A stretch of DNA of 64,000 nt from the NCBI GenBank assembly GCA_000708835.1, contig DF237431.1, forward strand, positions 6,590 to 70,589, given 5' to 3'. The notes under the pieces are model-generated. The model was given only the letters and a program-made list of their open reading frames with translations, was not told the DNA's origin and searched no databases. Origin of the DNA: Klebsormidium nitens. Lineage: Eukaryota; Plantae; Klebsormidiophyceae. Of this stretch, positions 35,501 through 48,900 are shown piece after piece (the stretch's first letter is position 1; each line of letters opens with the position of its first letter). The translations under genes and the position numbers were made by a program.

Positions 35501-38007
35501 CTCTGCAGCATCTAGTACGTTTGTCGGTCAAAGTTTGAAGAGCTAGACTTGTGCGTTCTTCTAAAAAGAAGCGACCTATCTAGCCTCACCTTAAGTTTCG
35601 TACGTAGTGCTATGCATCAGTCGCATTTTGGTTGTCGAACCACTCTTTTGAGCTTCTTTGTGGCAAGGCTTTGGCTTATTCGAGGTTTTCGAGGTACGAA
35701 CTCCTCGAGCGAAGCCAATCGAATGAGCAGACGTCAACATGCTCGTTTCTATGGTCTGCAGAGTACGCCCGTACACGTCCGGTTGGCGCAACAGCACCGA
35801 TCTTCCGGACGGCCTGATCTACGAGGTGAGCGCGGACACGGACACTTAATCAGACCAGAAGCATTTCTCTCTGGGTGTCATTGACACTAGGTACGGTATC
35901 AAAAACTGATGGATTATGCCGCACTAACTTGTTTTGTTAACAGACTCAACTTCCTTTCCGAGAATTATTGACGAAGAGGTCCTTCTGTGCCGTTGTAAAA
36001 TTTGTTCTGGAGATGGGCGTGGAGAGGAGAAAAAAGAGGCGAGAGACAGTAGCCGTTGCAAAAGCCGTGTAGGATGTTCGAGGCGTTTCTGAGAGGCCCC
36101 TAACGCATTACGGCGGGACCTTTAAAAATTCTGCGAACTTTTTGGTCAAATATGCGGATTGCTTCGTCTTCGAGCAATGGTTCGAGAAGTAGTTGGATCA
36201 CTGCGACAAGGTTTCAGCCTTCAATTGTCCATCGTTCCTGTGAGCCTGCAAAGCAAACATCAATATCAATCCTACTGTGGGAGGGCAAATGATTGGTAGA
36301 TAGCAACGGATATTCACTGCTTCTCTTGCCAGGATGTATCCCAGGAGCCCACGAAGCGCTACGGCACACAATCTCGTCCATTGATTGCACCCCTTTCATT
36401 CTAAGTATTTGGAAAGCAGCAATTGCCTGCAAATATCAAATCGAAGGGCACACAGTCTTACTTAACTAAAGATATTTATTGCTTCTTCTTCCAGAGGCCC
36501 AGAGGGCCTCTGAGATTCTCAAGAAACACTACGGGCGCGCGCGTCCTTGGTGTTCGCATTCTGATTCTGGCTGTGACATTGCAGAGCTCGTATTGGCTCG
36601 TATTGACCTATCTGAAGGGTTCAATATCCAGAAGTAGATAGAACTAGTTACCGCTCCTACACGTAGCTGCTTCCTCAAGTAAGTAAAACGAGTCACTGCT
36701 TCTTCCTCCAGGGCGTCTCCGAGGAGCCCGTAGAGCACTACGGCGAGTCATTGGTTTCGTTATTTGATTCTGGTGTGACTTTGCAGAGCTCGTATTGCCC
36801 CCAATTAATCAATCTGAAGCGGGCCACTATCCACAAGTAACCAGAACTAATTCCTGCTTTTTCCTCCAGGGCGTTTCCGAGGAGCCCAGGACGTACTACG
36901 GCGCGACCCTATTTGAAGGGGTCTCTACCCACAAGTCAATTTCAAAGCTAGTTCCTATTTTTTCCTCTAGGGTGTTTCCGAGGAACCCATGAAGCACTTG
37001 GCGCGTCCTTAGTGTTCGTATTTTGATTATGCGTCTTGCCCCCGATTCACCTCTTTGGAGGGGTCACTATCCGCAAGGAACTACTGTTTGAGTCTCTACT
37101 GCTTCTTTTTCCAGGGAGTTTCCGAGGAGCCCATGAAGCACTACGGCGCGACCGGGGCGCAGAGCGCGGTGCTGCCCGCGCTCGACGCCGCCCTCGGGGT
37201 GCAGCACCCGCCCGGTTGGCTCTCCGATTACCTGCGAGTCATGCGCGAGCATATGCCAGGGGAGCATCGCCGGGCGCTTCAGGCGATTGAACAGGGGCCG
37301 TCGATTCGCGCCTTCGTGCAGGAGCACTTTGAGAAGCTGGCGGGGCCGTACGATGAGGCGCTGAGGGAGCTGTACGCGTTCCGTAATCAGCACAAGGTCA
37401 GTGGTTGATTAAAATTTCCAGATCAATTTGATGGCAAATATGTATCAAAGCAATCCAGAACCATCCAAGCCTCGAGGCGGTGATTAGGTGACGGTTAGCC
37501 GTTGTTAAGTAGCCCGGGCGCAATCCTTACTGAAGGTTTATTACCCTGCTTCAGGAATTAGTTGTTGGGTCTTTCTGACCCGATCCGAATCAGACAGGGT
37601 AAATGGTTTGGTCTATGAATGGGGACAGCTCCTTTCCAGCGCTGTGTCACAAATGTTAGTAGTGCAGTGCAACAAGAAGCAAGTACTTAAGCCCACCAAC
37701 CTTGGTTGCTCGCAAAAAACCTGCACCACCAGGCTTCGCTGGAGCTTCTTCCACCGTTGAAGTATCTTCAGGCACGAGCGCTGGGGTCGAGTGGGCGACT
37801 TGTACGTCTCCTTTTGTGCACATCGGTCTAGTCTTGGTTCGTCTGAGATTTATATCTTCAGCTGACTCCCCCGTTGTTTATTTGCAGTCATTTGCCTTTT
37901 CTTACATCAAGAAGCAGAGCAAGCTGGTCGACGAGAAGGGCACGGGGGGGACCGATTACATGCCGTACCTGGACAAGCACGCGCGCACAACGAGAGTGAG
38001 CAGCTAA
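32592..38007 (+). CDS. IDO: Indoleamine 2,3-dioxygenase-family heme protein, 505 aa predicted, with N-terminal extension
   Basis: join(32592-33234,33710-33808,34293-34361,34799-34844,35217-35411,35762-35825,37115-37396,37888-38007) = 1518 nt in frame. IDO motifs: RGFLP.DP, RAFTVLSFLAHVYVWG, LGVPPVMSYATYNLLNW, FNGGLDEEWF, RM...CDP..YY.RVRPY.SGW, GLIYEG, G.TGAQS, FRNQH (proximal His), YI...GTGGTD. Confidence 0.93.
36320..37150 (+). repeat. Degenerate tandem array of five duplicated acceptor + exon-7 5' ends within IDO intron 6
   Basis: Pyrimidine tract-AG followed by variants of GGAGTTTCCGAGGAGCCCATGAAGCACTACGGCGCG, with AG at 36332, 36494, 36711, 36869 and 36970; the true acceptor is at 37114. 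Confidence 0.88.
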
Positions 38008-39937
38008 TCTTTGGGGCTTTAGCCTCTTGAGTATTTGCAGAGCAGTTGGACGGTTTCCCGTGGTGTCAGCAGGAGTTGGTCAAGGCTTGTGTGCGCTGGG
38101 TCGAGTCGTTGGTCGCTTAAATGCATCTTCGTTCGACAGCAATCTTCCTTTCGAATTTGCGTACTGAAACTGTTCAAGAAGGAGTGGCATTGGGTACCGC
38201 GTTTTCTTTCACGAACCGCCAGCTCGACGTGGGCATCGATGCGAGCGCCAGCGAACCCGTGCACGCGTCAGAAGGATTGACCTATTTTGGACGGTCACAT
38301 GGAGTGGCTATTCTTTGCAAATCATCTAAAAGACGCGCTGTTTCCCTCCTTCCTTTACACCTCTTTTGAATATTTGTTTTGGCGATCGATACGGATCGCC
38401 GCAAGAAATGGCTTGCCTGCATCATGAGTCTTGTGTCTATCTAGTGCTGGCCGCAGGACTAGAGCTGCACTTTTCCTGTGCTGTCAATTTCGACCGCGTG
38501 CCTCACAACTTTCGGCCACTCTTTTGCAGGAGCACCTTCTTTCCAACTAACCTGCACAAAGCTGGATAGACTTTGCAACAAGAGCCAATGAATGGCAGCC
38601 GCGATTGCTCGCGTTGATTTGTAAGAAGCAAGGATTTGCATTCAGTGTGAGAGCTTGTACATACTCTTGATAGAATGATTGGAGCACTATACTGTGCATA
38701 TAAACGATATGTGAAGGTTTGATTTGGGTGCTTGCGGATTCTAGCGTGCGCTGAACTTACACACCTTGTACAGAGCAGTATCGGTGATGGCTTGCAACTT
38801 GCTAGGTAGATAAGCTGGTAGATTAATCCGCTTATTGCTGGCTTTGAACATAATACATAGAAGTGTCAAGCTGCTACAATTTTGTACAGAGGCGAGCTGG
38901 CATGATGTCAAGAGCTAGGTATTGGTAGTCAAAACACATAGTAGCTGTGAAGCTGGCGTCAAAATAGCAGCGGTTCCAAACTTGAAACAAATTAGACAGC
39001 AATAAAAATACTGGCAGGGCATGATTTGAGGGCAGTTTGATTGATGTGAGAAGTCACACTAAGCGGTATATCACAGATAGATTGCGTGTATAAGGATTGG
39101 AACAAGAAAGAATTTTGAAGTTAATGTTGCAAATGCCAGTGGCCAAGCTTGCCCTTGATCGAATGAGCTTGCTTATTCCAGCTCCTTGCTTATGTCCGTC
39201 GTGTAGATTCATGTCGTTTCCATTGAGAATTCATCAGAAACTTGATTCCGACAAGACTAGTTCAAATTTTCAAACCGTTCGTTGAATGTTCTTGAAGCTA
39301 GCTAGCATGGCTGGCATGGAATATTACATACTTTTGTAGTCTCAACGCATCTGGCCGCATACCCGTCACTCAGAGGGCGGCCGCCATTGAGCATCATTAG
39401 GGCCCGGCGGCCAGGCCGCGTGCTCCAGTTGCGCGGCCGCGCTTGCGAAGAATTTTCCATCCAGGGTTTTCAGAGGGTTTCGAGTCTCGTTCGATGTCAA
39501 CCGTCGATGCCCTCTATTCAAATGCAATCGGACGCTCCAACTTCAAACTTATGACGGGACCCCTTGCCAGCATTTGCAAGTGCGACACCTTCCGACGCCA
39601 TGTTGTTGGGGCAGCTGCTTCTTTTCCTGTTTCAGATCAGATTATCAGGTACCTAGGTAGAAGGGAAGGGCGTTGCTGCTGGCATTCACTGCTGGGCGCA
39701 GATGAGCACTACCTGAGCTGAAATCTAGTCCTAAGCACAGCTTCCATTCTTTTTGTGAAGGGTGCAAGTGTCGGACTCGAGCAATATGCCAGCTCGGAAA
39801 GGGGAACAGGGGCACTTTTGTTTACAAGCCTTCTGCTTCTCTCAACCTGCTACTTACATTGAAATGGTGAAAATGGCAATTTGACTTTGATCCATTACCC
39901 AAGGCCAAGTTGTGCTCTGCAACAGCTAGCTGTGAAC

Positions 39938-42900
39938 ATGATTGACCTGACACAGGAAGACGTCGCGCTGGACGCATGCGATTCAAATCCTGGCAATAAC
40001 AAAGCAACATCACAAGGAAGCAAGGTTAGTCCTTTTCTTCAATTCAAAGCAAGTTTCCCGATCTGAAATTCTGCTTCCTGCAATCCGCCAGTCACCGAAG
40101 AACTTCCAGACATAGCGAGGTTCATACAAAACCATGCGTGCTGCCATTTGCTGCTACCACAATGTTTGTGAACAGAACCCTTCTTTGCTGCAATCAAGTT
40201 GCTACTTCCCAATGTCATCTGGTACGTTTCCCCCTCTTCATGAGGACAGGCCCGGCAGAAGAGGTGTGGTTTGACTGCACCAAGTCCATTGAATCACTCA
40301 AATTAAGGAAGTGCATTTTGTTCATGTGAAAGTTACACTCTGTCTTTGGGAAGCATACCACCATTTTAAGTCAGCCATCGCGGTGGGGTTGGACCGTGGA
40401 ATAGAGTCTGGTTCTGGGTCTTGCAGGAAGGAGCAAGCAGATGGAAGAAGCGGAAGGGTCCTTCAGCAGCAAGGGTAACCATCGACCTGGATTCAGAACC
40501 CCCCCGGCTTGACACCGAATCCTTCTCCCTGGCGGCTGAACCGAAGGTTTCTAGGGCTTCAGCCGCACTCAAGTTGACGCCCAAGACGCCGGTCAAACCG
40601 GTGGCAAAACGCCGCAAAAGCAGCCCTCTCCAAGCACCAGTTGCTGCATTGCTCAGAAGCTGTAAAGCTGAACAGAAAGGAAGTGGGGAGGATGCAGATA
40701 GTCAGGCGGAGAGCACAAACGGTGGGGACACCGAGGGTCACGGGGCGGAGGGCGAGGATACAGATGCCGAATGTGAATCAACAGAACTAGCATCTGCGAC
40801 ATCCAAGGTGCCGCAACCCCCCTGCGAGACAGACATACCATCGAAGCTGCCGCCAGTAGCAAACCCACGCAGCATTTTGAAGCCAACCCCAAGCCCTGTC
40901 CAAGTAGAGGGAACGGCACATAGGCCGCAGGGTGAATGGCTGCAGAATGCAGAAAGAGGATTAAAGCAGGATCCAAGCAGGCCAAGTGCTTCGGATGCAG
41001 CAGGGACGTCGCCAGCAGATACATGCCGGCCACAGGGTCCTATGTTGAATCTGCAGAGAGCTCAGCAGCAAGCAGCCCCATTGTTCAATCCTCCCCAGTC
41101 ACCAAGTGCACTTTCAGCCCCTAAATCCATCCCAAGCACTTTCCAACCGCCGCCAAACATCTCTTTGGTCCAGAAAACTCCCCCTGAGTTGAATCGAGAG
41201 TGGGAGGCTTCTGGGGCTGCGGTGCGCGCGACTCCTGCAGCGATTCCCCCCAGCAGATCCAGTGTACTTGAGCCACACGCATACGGTCAGAAAGCCCCTC
41301 CGAGCGTTGCGGCAGTCCCTCCCTGGATGTCCACCGAAACCCCTCCCAGTCAACGAGGGCCGATCAAAGGTCCAGCAAGGACAGTCATTGAGCCAGTAGA
41401 TGCGCGCAGTCCCCTAGAAACCACGATTAGGCAGAGCAAGCCACAGGCCGGAAGCGGACAGCCGAGGACTGCGACCACAAAGCCAATCAGTGATGATCTG
41501 AGCTGGCTGCCGGAGCCCGACTTCACGGAGCTAGACGCGCTGATCCTGGCGCACCAGGCGTCGAAAGAGACGTTCCGGCAGGAGGAGGAAAGGAGACGGC
41601 GAGTGGCGGAGCTTGAGAACGCCCAGGAGCGGACAGTAGCGGGAAGGGGCGGGAGAGGAGGTGTTGCTGCGGGTGTCAGTGGGAGAGGGGAAGCGATAGA
41701 GGGGCAAGGGAGGGGAGGCGGGGACAGGGAAGCTGACGCAGCAAACCAGCGGGCTTGGGAGACAGAGGAGCGGGGGGAGAGTATTGGGGAGCGGAGTGCC
41801 AAAAGGTGGGACTCTTGGCAGGGGCGTGTGGGAAGAAACGGAAACGGGGTGAGCACTTCGTGGCAGGGTGAGGGACCGGTAGGTATAGAGCGGAGTGAGA
41901 GGGAGGGACGGCAAACGCGTGTCCTGCAAGCAAACCCTCTGCAAAGCGGTTTGGGGAAGGCGAGAGAGAACGTGCCGGCGGAAGCAGTCTGGCCGCCTGA
42001 GCCAGATTTTGGAGAAGCCACACCCAGAAAGAGAGAGGCAGGGGGGCGGTCAGCTAGAAAGAAGCAGAGGGTGGTGGAGAGTGACAGCGAATTGGAGGAG
42101 GAAGATGAGCTTCCCGCTTCCTGCAAGAGGGATCCCCAGGTTCCACTGGATCCTCCCAAGTCGGAGAGGAAGCCCACGCCTGCTCCTGTGACCAGACAGA
42201 GAGCGCCCGCCTCTGAAAAGAAAGCGGGTGCCAAGCTGACGCCCAAATCGTGCATCTTGGACAGCGACACGGATGATGACGTCAGCAATGACAGTGGCGG
42301 GTCCGAAAAGAAAGTTGGGAGCAAGGGGGCGGGTTCGGACAGTCCGGTGGCAAGTTTGAAGGGGAGGGTGCTTCGGACAGTGGGCAAGGGGTCTGGAAGG
42401 AAGCCTAAGCGACTGGCTAAGGTGGGATCGGGTTATGGGGCGGGTTTCGAGACGGGTTTAGGGGAGGACCGAGTGGAGGAGGCGCTCGAGCGGCTGAGGC
42501 GCAAAGTGGCGGACGAGGGGCAGATCGTGCATGTGGAGTCGCAGCCAGCACAGTGAGTGGTATGGCTTTGGTGGTCCCCTTCAATTCTGCTTTGTACCTC
42601 TCGGCGGCTTGCTTTTATTTCTCAGTCTGAAAGGAAGGGAGAATTGACATCCGTCGGTTCAACAATTTTCTGGCAATTGGGCGCCGTTCAAATTCTTCAC
42701 TTTTCCGTCCCTTCGTTGAAAGTGCGTCCGTTTCCAAGTACCTAGATTGAGTTCCAGAAAGTTCCCGAATGGAGCGAGACTTGGGAACCACTTGTACGTT
42801 AAATGTCTGAAACTTACTCGTGCCCCTGTCGTCAACAGACCTGCCGTTCACCAAAAGTCCAAGTGGCCGCTACAGAAAAAGATCGAAGAAGCGTTGCTTG

Positions 42901-45900
42901 CAAGGTGAGGGGCAAGGCTGCAGCACCCGGCTCCGTTTGCTCTCCTCACGAAGCTGGTCGCAATCACGATTCGCAAGCAGCCGAGAACATGAGACTCTCC
43001 TCAGCAGTCCTAGAGCTGCTTAGCCATTCAGACAGCACGGGAGGAAGTCTGAATGCGGTTTTGAGCAAAGCATTCTCTCGGACAGCCAGTAGATCCGGCA
43101 GTTTGTATGCGGTTCGGAGCAGACCTTCTCTTCGGACAGCAGACAGGCACATCTACACCGCGCAAAGGCAGGAGACGAAATTGTTACCCTAGTCTACCTT
43201 TGAATAAGGCTGACAAATGTTGGTCTGCCACGTGGCAGGGGCGTCACCCAGCTGTACTCGCACCAGGCGGAGGCAATCACCCACGTGTTTGGCGGGAGTA
43301 GCTTGGTCGCAGCCACACCGACGGCAAGTGGAAAGAGTCTCACGTACTGCATCCCGGTGAGTCGACTTGTTCCTTCCAAGCTTCGAATCCTTCAGGGAAA
43401 CGATTGCGGTACTCGCTTCTATCATGAGAAGCATCATGAGCTGGGATATCGACTTATTTGGACCAGTTGGGCATACAGATCGACTACGGCGTCGAACAGA
43501 GGTGTACCCTTTTCTGCCTTCCCGTTGTGAACCGCAGCTTCGCAAGAGCCTGCAGAGGTCGCTGCTTTTCCAGATGCATCGCAAGGGGCCCCCTTGAAAT
43601 TGACGATTGCCAACATCCTGCCAGAAGCGTTTCTCTACTGCTGATTGATTCTTCGCATGGCGACTGGGCACAGATCAAACGAATAGAGGCTGCTCTTCTA
43701 CGTCGAAACGGGACTTTCTACATGTCGAAGAAGAAAAGCCTAGCTTTATCCGATTCTGCTGACGGTGCAGGTCCTTGACGCCATCCTGACCATCCCAAAA
43801 TCTCGGGCTCTCCTCGTCTTCCCCACCAAGGTAAGGCTGGTAGAATGGTTTGATTGCAGAGGTTCCGGGCTCTGGGTGTCAGATCCGACCAATGCGATGC
43901 TCAGCAAGGGGATTCGCCAAGCATGATGGAGACGTCTGCAATGGCGCTTCGCACTTGGGGATTTGGAATCTTGCTTATCCTTTGGAGCGCAGATTTTTCC
44001 TACTCGTGCCTTTCTGGAAGGCTTATCTTCCCGCAAGTTCCGGCTATTCAAAGTGCTTTCTTTTTCATTTCTTATTTTCTCGTTGAAGTCTTTTCCTTTC
44101 CCTTCTCTCGCGGGGGCCTGCCTTCCTATGATTCTGACAATTGTGAGACATCGCCATACATAGATGACTTTCTGCCTTTGACTTCCGCTTGCAGGCGCTT
44201 GCACGTGACCAGCTCAAAGCGATGCGGGAACTTGTGGCCATAGTCAAGCCGGGGGTCTCCTGCGAACTGTCAGTGTCCTTTGACTTTGTACATCGCTTGC
44301 TTTCACCCTTGTCTATTCTGTGCTGAGAAAATGGATGGTTCCCAGCCGTCAGCATTAGGCGCGATTGAAGAAATTCTCGAGCCTCCACGCATATTGTCAA
44401 ATGTTGTGTTGGGATTGTACATCTTCAGAGATACAAAGGGAAGGCCGCTAGGGCACGGTGCATTGGAGACCGCAACTCTGGATTCGATTCCGCTTCTCTT
44501 CTTCCTCTGACGAAAAGCAGACTCTGCAATCATGCGTCAAACAATGCGTAGGCTACTCTTGACAAAAATGTGCTACGTCGTCTGCCAGGTACGATGGAGA
44601 CACGCTATTCGAAGATCGGAAGCAAATATGCAGAAAGGCGCAGGTTAGTTGCACCGAGCTTGTCTGACGTCCTCTGATGCTTGCTTTGCATAGCACCTTG
44701 CCTTTCTTTCTGAAGGGCCCCCAGTCCTACTCAGATCCACCGGGAACCTAGCGCTTGCGATTAACTTCTGACGAAAAGCTGGTGTATCCTACGGGAATCG
44801 AGCGCAGCTCTCCTGGATAGATGGCGCGACTTGCAATGCAATCTGGTTGAGACCTGGAAGAGGCGGAGCTCGCCATGACTTGCCGACTCACTATTCGTTC
44901 TCTTCGAAGCCGGCACGTTCAAGAGTTCAAGAAAGGGAAGCAAAGCCGCCGGGATTAGCTAACTCGCACTTTTCTCCGCTCTAGATCATCTTTACCAACC
45001 CCGACATGCTCCACCAGACGATTCTGCAGCGCCACACGGTGAGCGACGGTGCTCTTTCCTTCTCTACTTCCTTTTTTAATTGAAATGTTTTACCGACCGA
45101 AGCCTAGCGCAGCGAGGGGCGTCGAGAGAGCGGGTCACCGACAGGGACGCCAATAGCATTGGTCGGTCCGGTACCTTCGAGCGCTTGTTTCGCGGCCATG
45201 CAACATGCGACGTCTCTACTCGACAAACGCCATGGCGTCTATTTGCTGCTGCCTACTTTTCGTGGAAGCTCCGTCATTTTTCGAAGCGCCCTGTTGCTGA
45301 GGTTGGAACCAGGAACGTGCTGCACGTGCAACTGCTCTCGTTCGGACCTTAAGCTGAACAATACATCAGCCGCAACGTCAGGCTCATAGGTTTGTTACAC
45401 TTGGGCGTGAACAGGGTCCGATCGAGACGACGAGCCCGATCAGGCTCAGGCAAATGCCATGTTGGTTACATTGACCATTTTTGGCAAGTGCCGGAGGCCC
45501 CGCTTTCGGTCGGGGGCTCGGGCAAACGTCGGGTCGGGTCGTAAAGTGGCCGACCCGAGGGGCATCGGGTTGTGTGCAACCCGACCAAGATTTCTTACAG
45601 GCTGAGGTCAACCAGGGGTCCGACTCATAGGTCTCGGGCCGTTTTCAATCGCAAAATCTTAAGTGTAACAACCCTATCAATCCAAGCCCTCGATTCACTA
45701 CAGCCTTTGATTTACTGGCTACCTCGACCCTAACCTTGTGCTTAACCAAAGCTGTGACCCATTTGCAGTACTGGAAGGCCTTCTTCGCTAACTTGGCGTT
45801 CTGCGTCATCGACGAGGCGCACCACTACAAGGGCGCCTTCGGCAGCCACGTGGTGAGCCGCCTGGAATATCATCCTCGTCCACTCCTCATCATGCTGTCC

Positions 45901-48900
45901 TTCCTTTTGCTGACCCAAATAAAACATGATCTACCAGTTGCGGCTTTTCGGTCGGTTATGATCTTCAGATCAGGTTTCCGTACGTCCAGTATTGGCTGTA
46001 GCTCTTTCACGCCCCCGCTCGACGAAGTGACCCCATTCATCTTGGTAGACGCCTGCAGTTATCGTCCGTGCTTAATGAGAAACGGCGCCTTGGTTGGCGC
46101 CCTCCTCCATTCCGGCCTACCTGCGTACACACCCGTTTCCTTACAGTGCGGTGTCGGCTTGAGCCTTTAAAGAGAGAGTGGAATCCACATCGACCAGACT
46201 TACCTTTTGAGGGACGGGCAAGTGGTCAGAAGTGTCTCAAAATGGTCGAGGCTCGCTAGCTTAATTCCTCACGCCGGTCCTCCGCAGGGCCTCGTGCTGC
46301 GGCGACTGCTCCGGGTTGCTCAACACTACGGAGGGACGCCCCAGTTCATCTGCTGCTCGGCCACTATCAACAATCCCGTGGTGCGCTTCTTTTGTTATTT
46401 TCCCTGTGACTTTTTGGATCATCTTTTCTTGCTGGCGTCCTCGTTTCCAGGGTCGGAGCAAATGTGGCGCCGTCTGCCTGTGTTTAAGATCCGTAATTGG
46501 AGGCTTACCGATGCAATGCTTCTAAATCAGCTCGTTGAGTATCCCGGTCGATCTTCCCAGTTAAGTCAGGACAGCGGCACTCTTACAAAGATCCGTCGTT
46601 TGCCGCATCAGGACTCTAATTAATTCCAGTAATCAACATTCTTGAATCGCGGACGGCCAACTGCTAACAATACTCGCCCTTGTAATCCTTCGCAGACTTG
46701 ACGAGGGTGATTGAGAAACTCCACCGGTACCTTACCGACTCCGACTCCGACCTCTCGCGCTGCCTTTAAAAAAAATTGCTTCCGAGTTCCGAAAAAATGG
46801 CAACCCAATTCTCGAAAGTCTAAACTCATCTTAGATGATTATGATTAGATGATTAGTAGCATCATAGCTGACAGTACTTACTTAAATTCAGTTTAGAGAT
46901 GAGCCAGAGATGAGTGTAGTTGCAAAAAGTGAACCCTACTTTGGTAGTCTAGTGGTAGAGTAGCTTCTCGATTTCAAGGATCGAACTCGTGACATGTCTG
47001 TACGGGCACCCGTTAGGTCCATGACGAAAGCTACGGCCTTCTAAAAGAAGTAAGAATGAATCTTGAAATCTCCGAGAAAACCTCGTTGACCCTAGGTTTC
47101 GAATCCCCCAGGAGCACGTGTCCCGGCTGATCAGCAAGGTGGACACGCAGCTGGTGAAGGGCAGCGGCGCGCCCCTGGGCCCGCGCCACATCGTGCTCTG
47201 GCAGCCCGCGCTCGCCAAGGACGGCGACGGCAAGCGCAAGAGCGCCTACGTGGAGGCCGCCAAGATCACGGTGGGGTGCATATCCACTTAAGCTTCTGCT
47301 TCTGAACTGCATTAAGGCTAAAGGCTGCGTGAACGTAGCTTCGATCCTCCGAGGAAGTTACGAACGCAGGCGCTCGTCGGAGGCCGCCAGAAAGCGTGGT
47401 GCGAATCACAGCAGGTCGACGCATTTGTAAACATGTGGATCCTTGCAAGAAACTTTCTCTCTCTTACTCTTCCTCCTTCCAGTAATATGTTCGATTGATT
47501 ATCACGCTACTTCTACAGCAAGTTCCTGCTTCTCATTGCAGGCTGAACTTTGGTGAAGGCGGGTCTCCCGACGCTGGTATTGCCGCGCACAAGTTGACCG
47601 ACAAATAGTCATATGCGTTGTTCTTTCTCCTTCCGATCCTTTCCTTTATCGTTTGCAATGCCCTTATACCCAGTCTTCACTGTGTATGGCAGGCGGAGCT
47701 GGTGAAGGCGGGTCTCCAGACGCTAGTGTTTGTCGCCGTGCGGAAGCTGACCGACAATGTCTAAAAGCTTCCTTCTTAGTCTATCTCGTTCCACTTCTTT
47801 CCTTCATGTTTTTGCAAAGCCCTTATACCCAGTCTTTATCTTTGATCGCAGGCGGAGCTGGTGAAGGCGGGTCTCCAGACGCTAGTGTTTGTCGCCGCGC
47901 GCAAGCTGACCGAGATCGTGTGCAACACCGCTCGCGACATGCTGAAACAAGAGGTGAGACGGCGCTCCTCTTAGACGCGTTTCTGCTACTCAAATGCTTC
48001 TGCCTTCTGTTCGTGTTCGTGCTTCCGCGGATCACCTCTTGCTTGGGACTGCGCGCAGCTCTGACGACTCCTTATAACGATTATAGATGATGCTCCCTTT
48101 TGCAGACATTACCTACCATTTTCACCTTTATGCTCAAGACCTGCTTAGATCCTCTTTTAGTAGCTAAGATTCCACTGTCACAAGACAAGCTTCTGTGTTG
48201 GTGTGTGCAGAACCGGTTCGATCTGATCGACAAGGTCGAGAGCTACCGAGCAGGCTACACCCCCGAGGAGCGCCGCAGGCTCGAAAAGGTCGGCGACCGG
48301 TGGCGCCTCTCCTATACTCTTTTTTGTTCCAGACAAGAGTATTTGACGTACTTCAATACAACACATATCTCAGACTGCTGGAGACTGCTGAAGAAGTGCT
48401 TTCCTTCTCGCAAAATTTAAACGGTTGTGTTTTTAATGCATGAAGTCCTCAAAGCAATGATTGGTCAAGACAGTCAGATGCACCGACGCTGAATTCACCT
48501 CTCAAGTAGAGCGGTTGGCAACCCTTCTGAAAGTAGACAGAGCACCCCAGCCAAAGTGAAGGTGGTCATTGTCGCTTTGGTCGACGCGCAAGCAAGAGAA
48601 GGAGGGATAGTTATTAGTCCAATGTTGTGACGCTCCTCCCCTTCTTGCAGAGCCTAGCTAACGGCGACCTTCGAGCGCTCGTGTCCACCAACGCCCTGGA
48701 ACTTGGGATTGATGTAAGCCGCTGCCAGCCGTCAGAACTAATTCTTGCCGGCAGGATTTGTCTGCACTTCATTCCGTTGAGGTTTACTTGTTTTCAAGAT
48801 ATCCCTGTTGTTCAAACCGCCTTCTGTTCGCTAGGAGACATTGCAGAATCCCGAGCCACACTAGACCTGGACATCGACAGAAAAGGCACCAAGAGGCGCA

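Noticed and set aside
36320-37150. CRISPR-like repeat-spacer array
   Set aside because: Units are irregular (101-217 bp), diverged and derived from the adjacent exon boundary; the genome is eukaryotic and no cas genes are present.
41350-42387. 345-aa antisense ORF
   Set aside because: Antisense shadow of the purine-rich disordered helicase exon.
45383-45632. Possible MITE with a 9-bp direct repeat (ctcataggt) and CGGGTC/GACCCG motifs in a helicase intron
   Set aside because: No convincing terminal inverted repeats, and a 9-bp direct repeat at this spacing is expected many times by chance in 64 kb.
46965-47040. tRNA-derived SINE heads suggested by minus-strand B-box-like GTTCGA.CC motifs (also 27046-27057)
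   Set aside because: No cloverleaf, no clear A-box spacing, tail or TSD.
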